Notes under the pieces: generated by a model
The model's database searches: none
What the model was told of the DNA's origin: nothing
What the model saw: only the letters and a program-made list of their open reading frames with translations
Position numbers and translations under genes: made by a program
In this document: positions 63,486 through 64,000 of the stretch, in pieces
Layout of the letters: each line of letters opens with the position of its first letter
Position numbering within the stretch: the stretch's first letter is position 1
NCBI GenBank assembly: GCA_001788495.1
Contig: MGCF01000006.1
Location: 2,106 to 66,105, forward strand
Reading direction: 5' to 3'
DNA: 64,000 bases
DNA from: Candidatus Rokubacteria bacterium RIFCSPLOWO2_02_FULL_73_56
Lineage (GTDB): Bacteria; Methylomirabilota; Methylomirabilia; Rokubacteriales; CSP1-6

Positions 63486-64000
63486 TCAGCGGGCCGCGTA
63501 GCGGCGCGTCACGTTCGGCAGCAGGTACTCGTTGAACGCGCGCGCGAGGTCGTACGCGGGCCGGAACCCCCACTCGCGGCGCGCCCGCGCGTCGTCCACG
63601 TCCTCGGGCCACGTGTCCACGATCGCCTGGCGGCGCGGGTCGGGCGCGAACGTGAGGCGCGCGGCCGGGAAGGCCCGCCGCACCAGCCCGGCGAGCTCGC
63701 CGGCGCTCGGGTTGAACCCGGTCACGTTGTACGCGAGGGCCGTGACGGCGTCGGCGGGCGCGGCCAGCAGGGCGAGCAGCGCCTCGATCGCGTCCGGCAT
63801 CGCCATGAACGGGATCCGCGTGTCCTCGCGCACGAAGCAGGCGTAGGGCTGGCCCACGGCCGCGGCGTGGATCATCTCGGACGCGTAGTCGCTCGTGCCT
63901 CCGCTCGGCAGGGTGAACGCCGAGATGAGCCCCGGGAAGCGGATCGCGCGGAAGTCCACGCCGCTCGGCTCGCCCTGCGCGGCGAGCTGGCGGTAGTGGC
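63486..64000 (-). CDS. tdh: L-threonine 3-dehydrogenase, NAD-dependent epimerase/dehydratase type. 5' partial within the window; the gene continues past coordinate 64000.
   Basis: C-terminal 170 aa '...IRFPGLISAFTLPSGGTSDYASEMIHAAAVGQPYACFVREDTRIPFMAMPDAIEALLAL...'. The frame is open to the window edge, and the gene lies immediately upstream of kbl in the canonical tdh-kbl arrangement. Confidence 0.7.
   Translation of the reverse strand, partial: HYRQLAAQGEPSGVDFRAIRFPGLISAFTLPSGGTSDYASEMIHAAAVGQPYACFVREDTRIPFMAMPDAIEALLALLAAPADAVTALAYNVTGFNPSAGELAGLVRRAFPAARLTFAPDPRRQAIVDTWPEDVDDARARREWGFRPAYDLARAFNEYLLPNVTRRYAAR

Overview
This window is very GC-rich (about 70-72%) bacterial DNA, so the six-frame track is full of long spurious Arg/Gly/Ala-rich antisense ORFs; genes were called from protein-like composition, recognisable motifs and start/stop coupling (many ATGA/GTGA 4-nt overlaps). 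The centrepiece is a roughly 34-kb co-directional minus-strand locus (1..34285). It starts with a 23.9-kb gene for a 7,979-aa repeat protein. That protein has no classical signal peptide: an Arg-rich N-terminal leader with a 'LEPRLLLSA' (LEPR-XLL-type) motif is followed by about 45-aa beta-strand-like repeats, a long block of RTX-type Ca-binding nonapeptides, two LamG/concanavalin-like domains and a C-terminal metzincin-type HExxHxxGxxH protease domain. Tightly coupled downstream of it are: a DUF3467-like domain fused to an unknown about 260-aa domain; a lower-GC 290-aa hypothetical protein; an O-methyltransferase; a small DUF3467-like protein; a radical-SAM enzyme (CX3CX2C plus a C-terminal Cys cluster); another DUF3467-like protein that continues, through a single in-frame TAA, into a GAF-domain HlyD-family adaptor; a PqqD-like (RRE)-peptidase M50-HlyD fusion; and a divergent SecA paralogue that runs off the window start. 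A fourth DUF3467-like copy (about 87% nucleotide identity to copy 1) lies on the other side of the giant gene, in an operon with a short secretin-domain protein and a Zn-alcohol dehydrogenase, so DUF3467-like direct repeats bracket the locus. I read this as a candidate dedicated maturation/sorting/export system for the giant LEPR-XLL protein, or a RiPP-like peptide system embedded beside it, which to my knowledge is not a described system. The rest of the window is ordinary: a livKHMGF branched-chain amino-acid ABC operon that unusually carries a membrane glycosyltransferase and a SAM-methyltransferase between livG and livF; a small TIR/DR-flanked insertion at the livM-livG junction; ynfA, RidA, a GGDEF cyclase and the MoxR-DUF58-TgpA triad; crotonase, cupin, FecR-like and CoA-transferase genes; an OsmC-family gene with an in-frame TGA exactly at the catalytic Cys position (candidate selenoprotein); UspA, an NHL-repeat protein, kbl and a partial tdh; and a tandem 104-bp GC-hairpin repeat array at the kbl 3' end. 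Composition, selenocysteine use and a histone-H1-like protein suggest a high-GC deltaproteobacterium/Myxococcota-like host (inference only).
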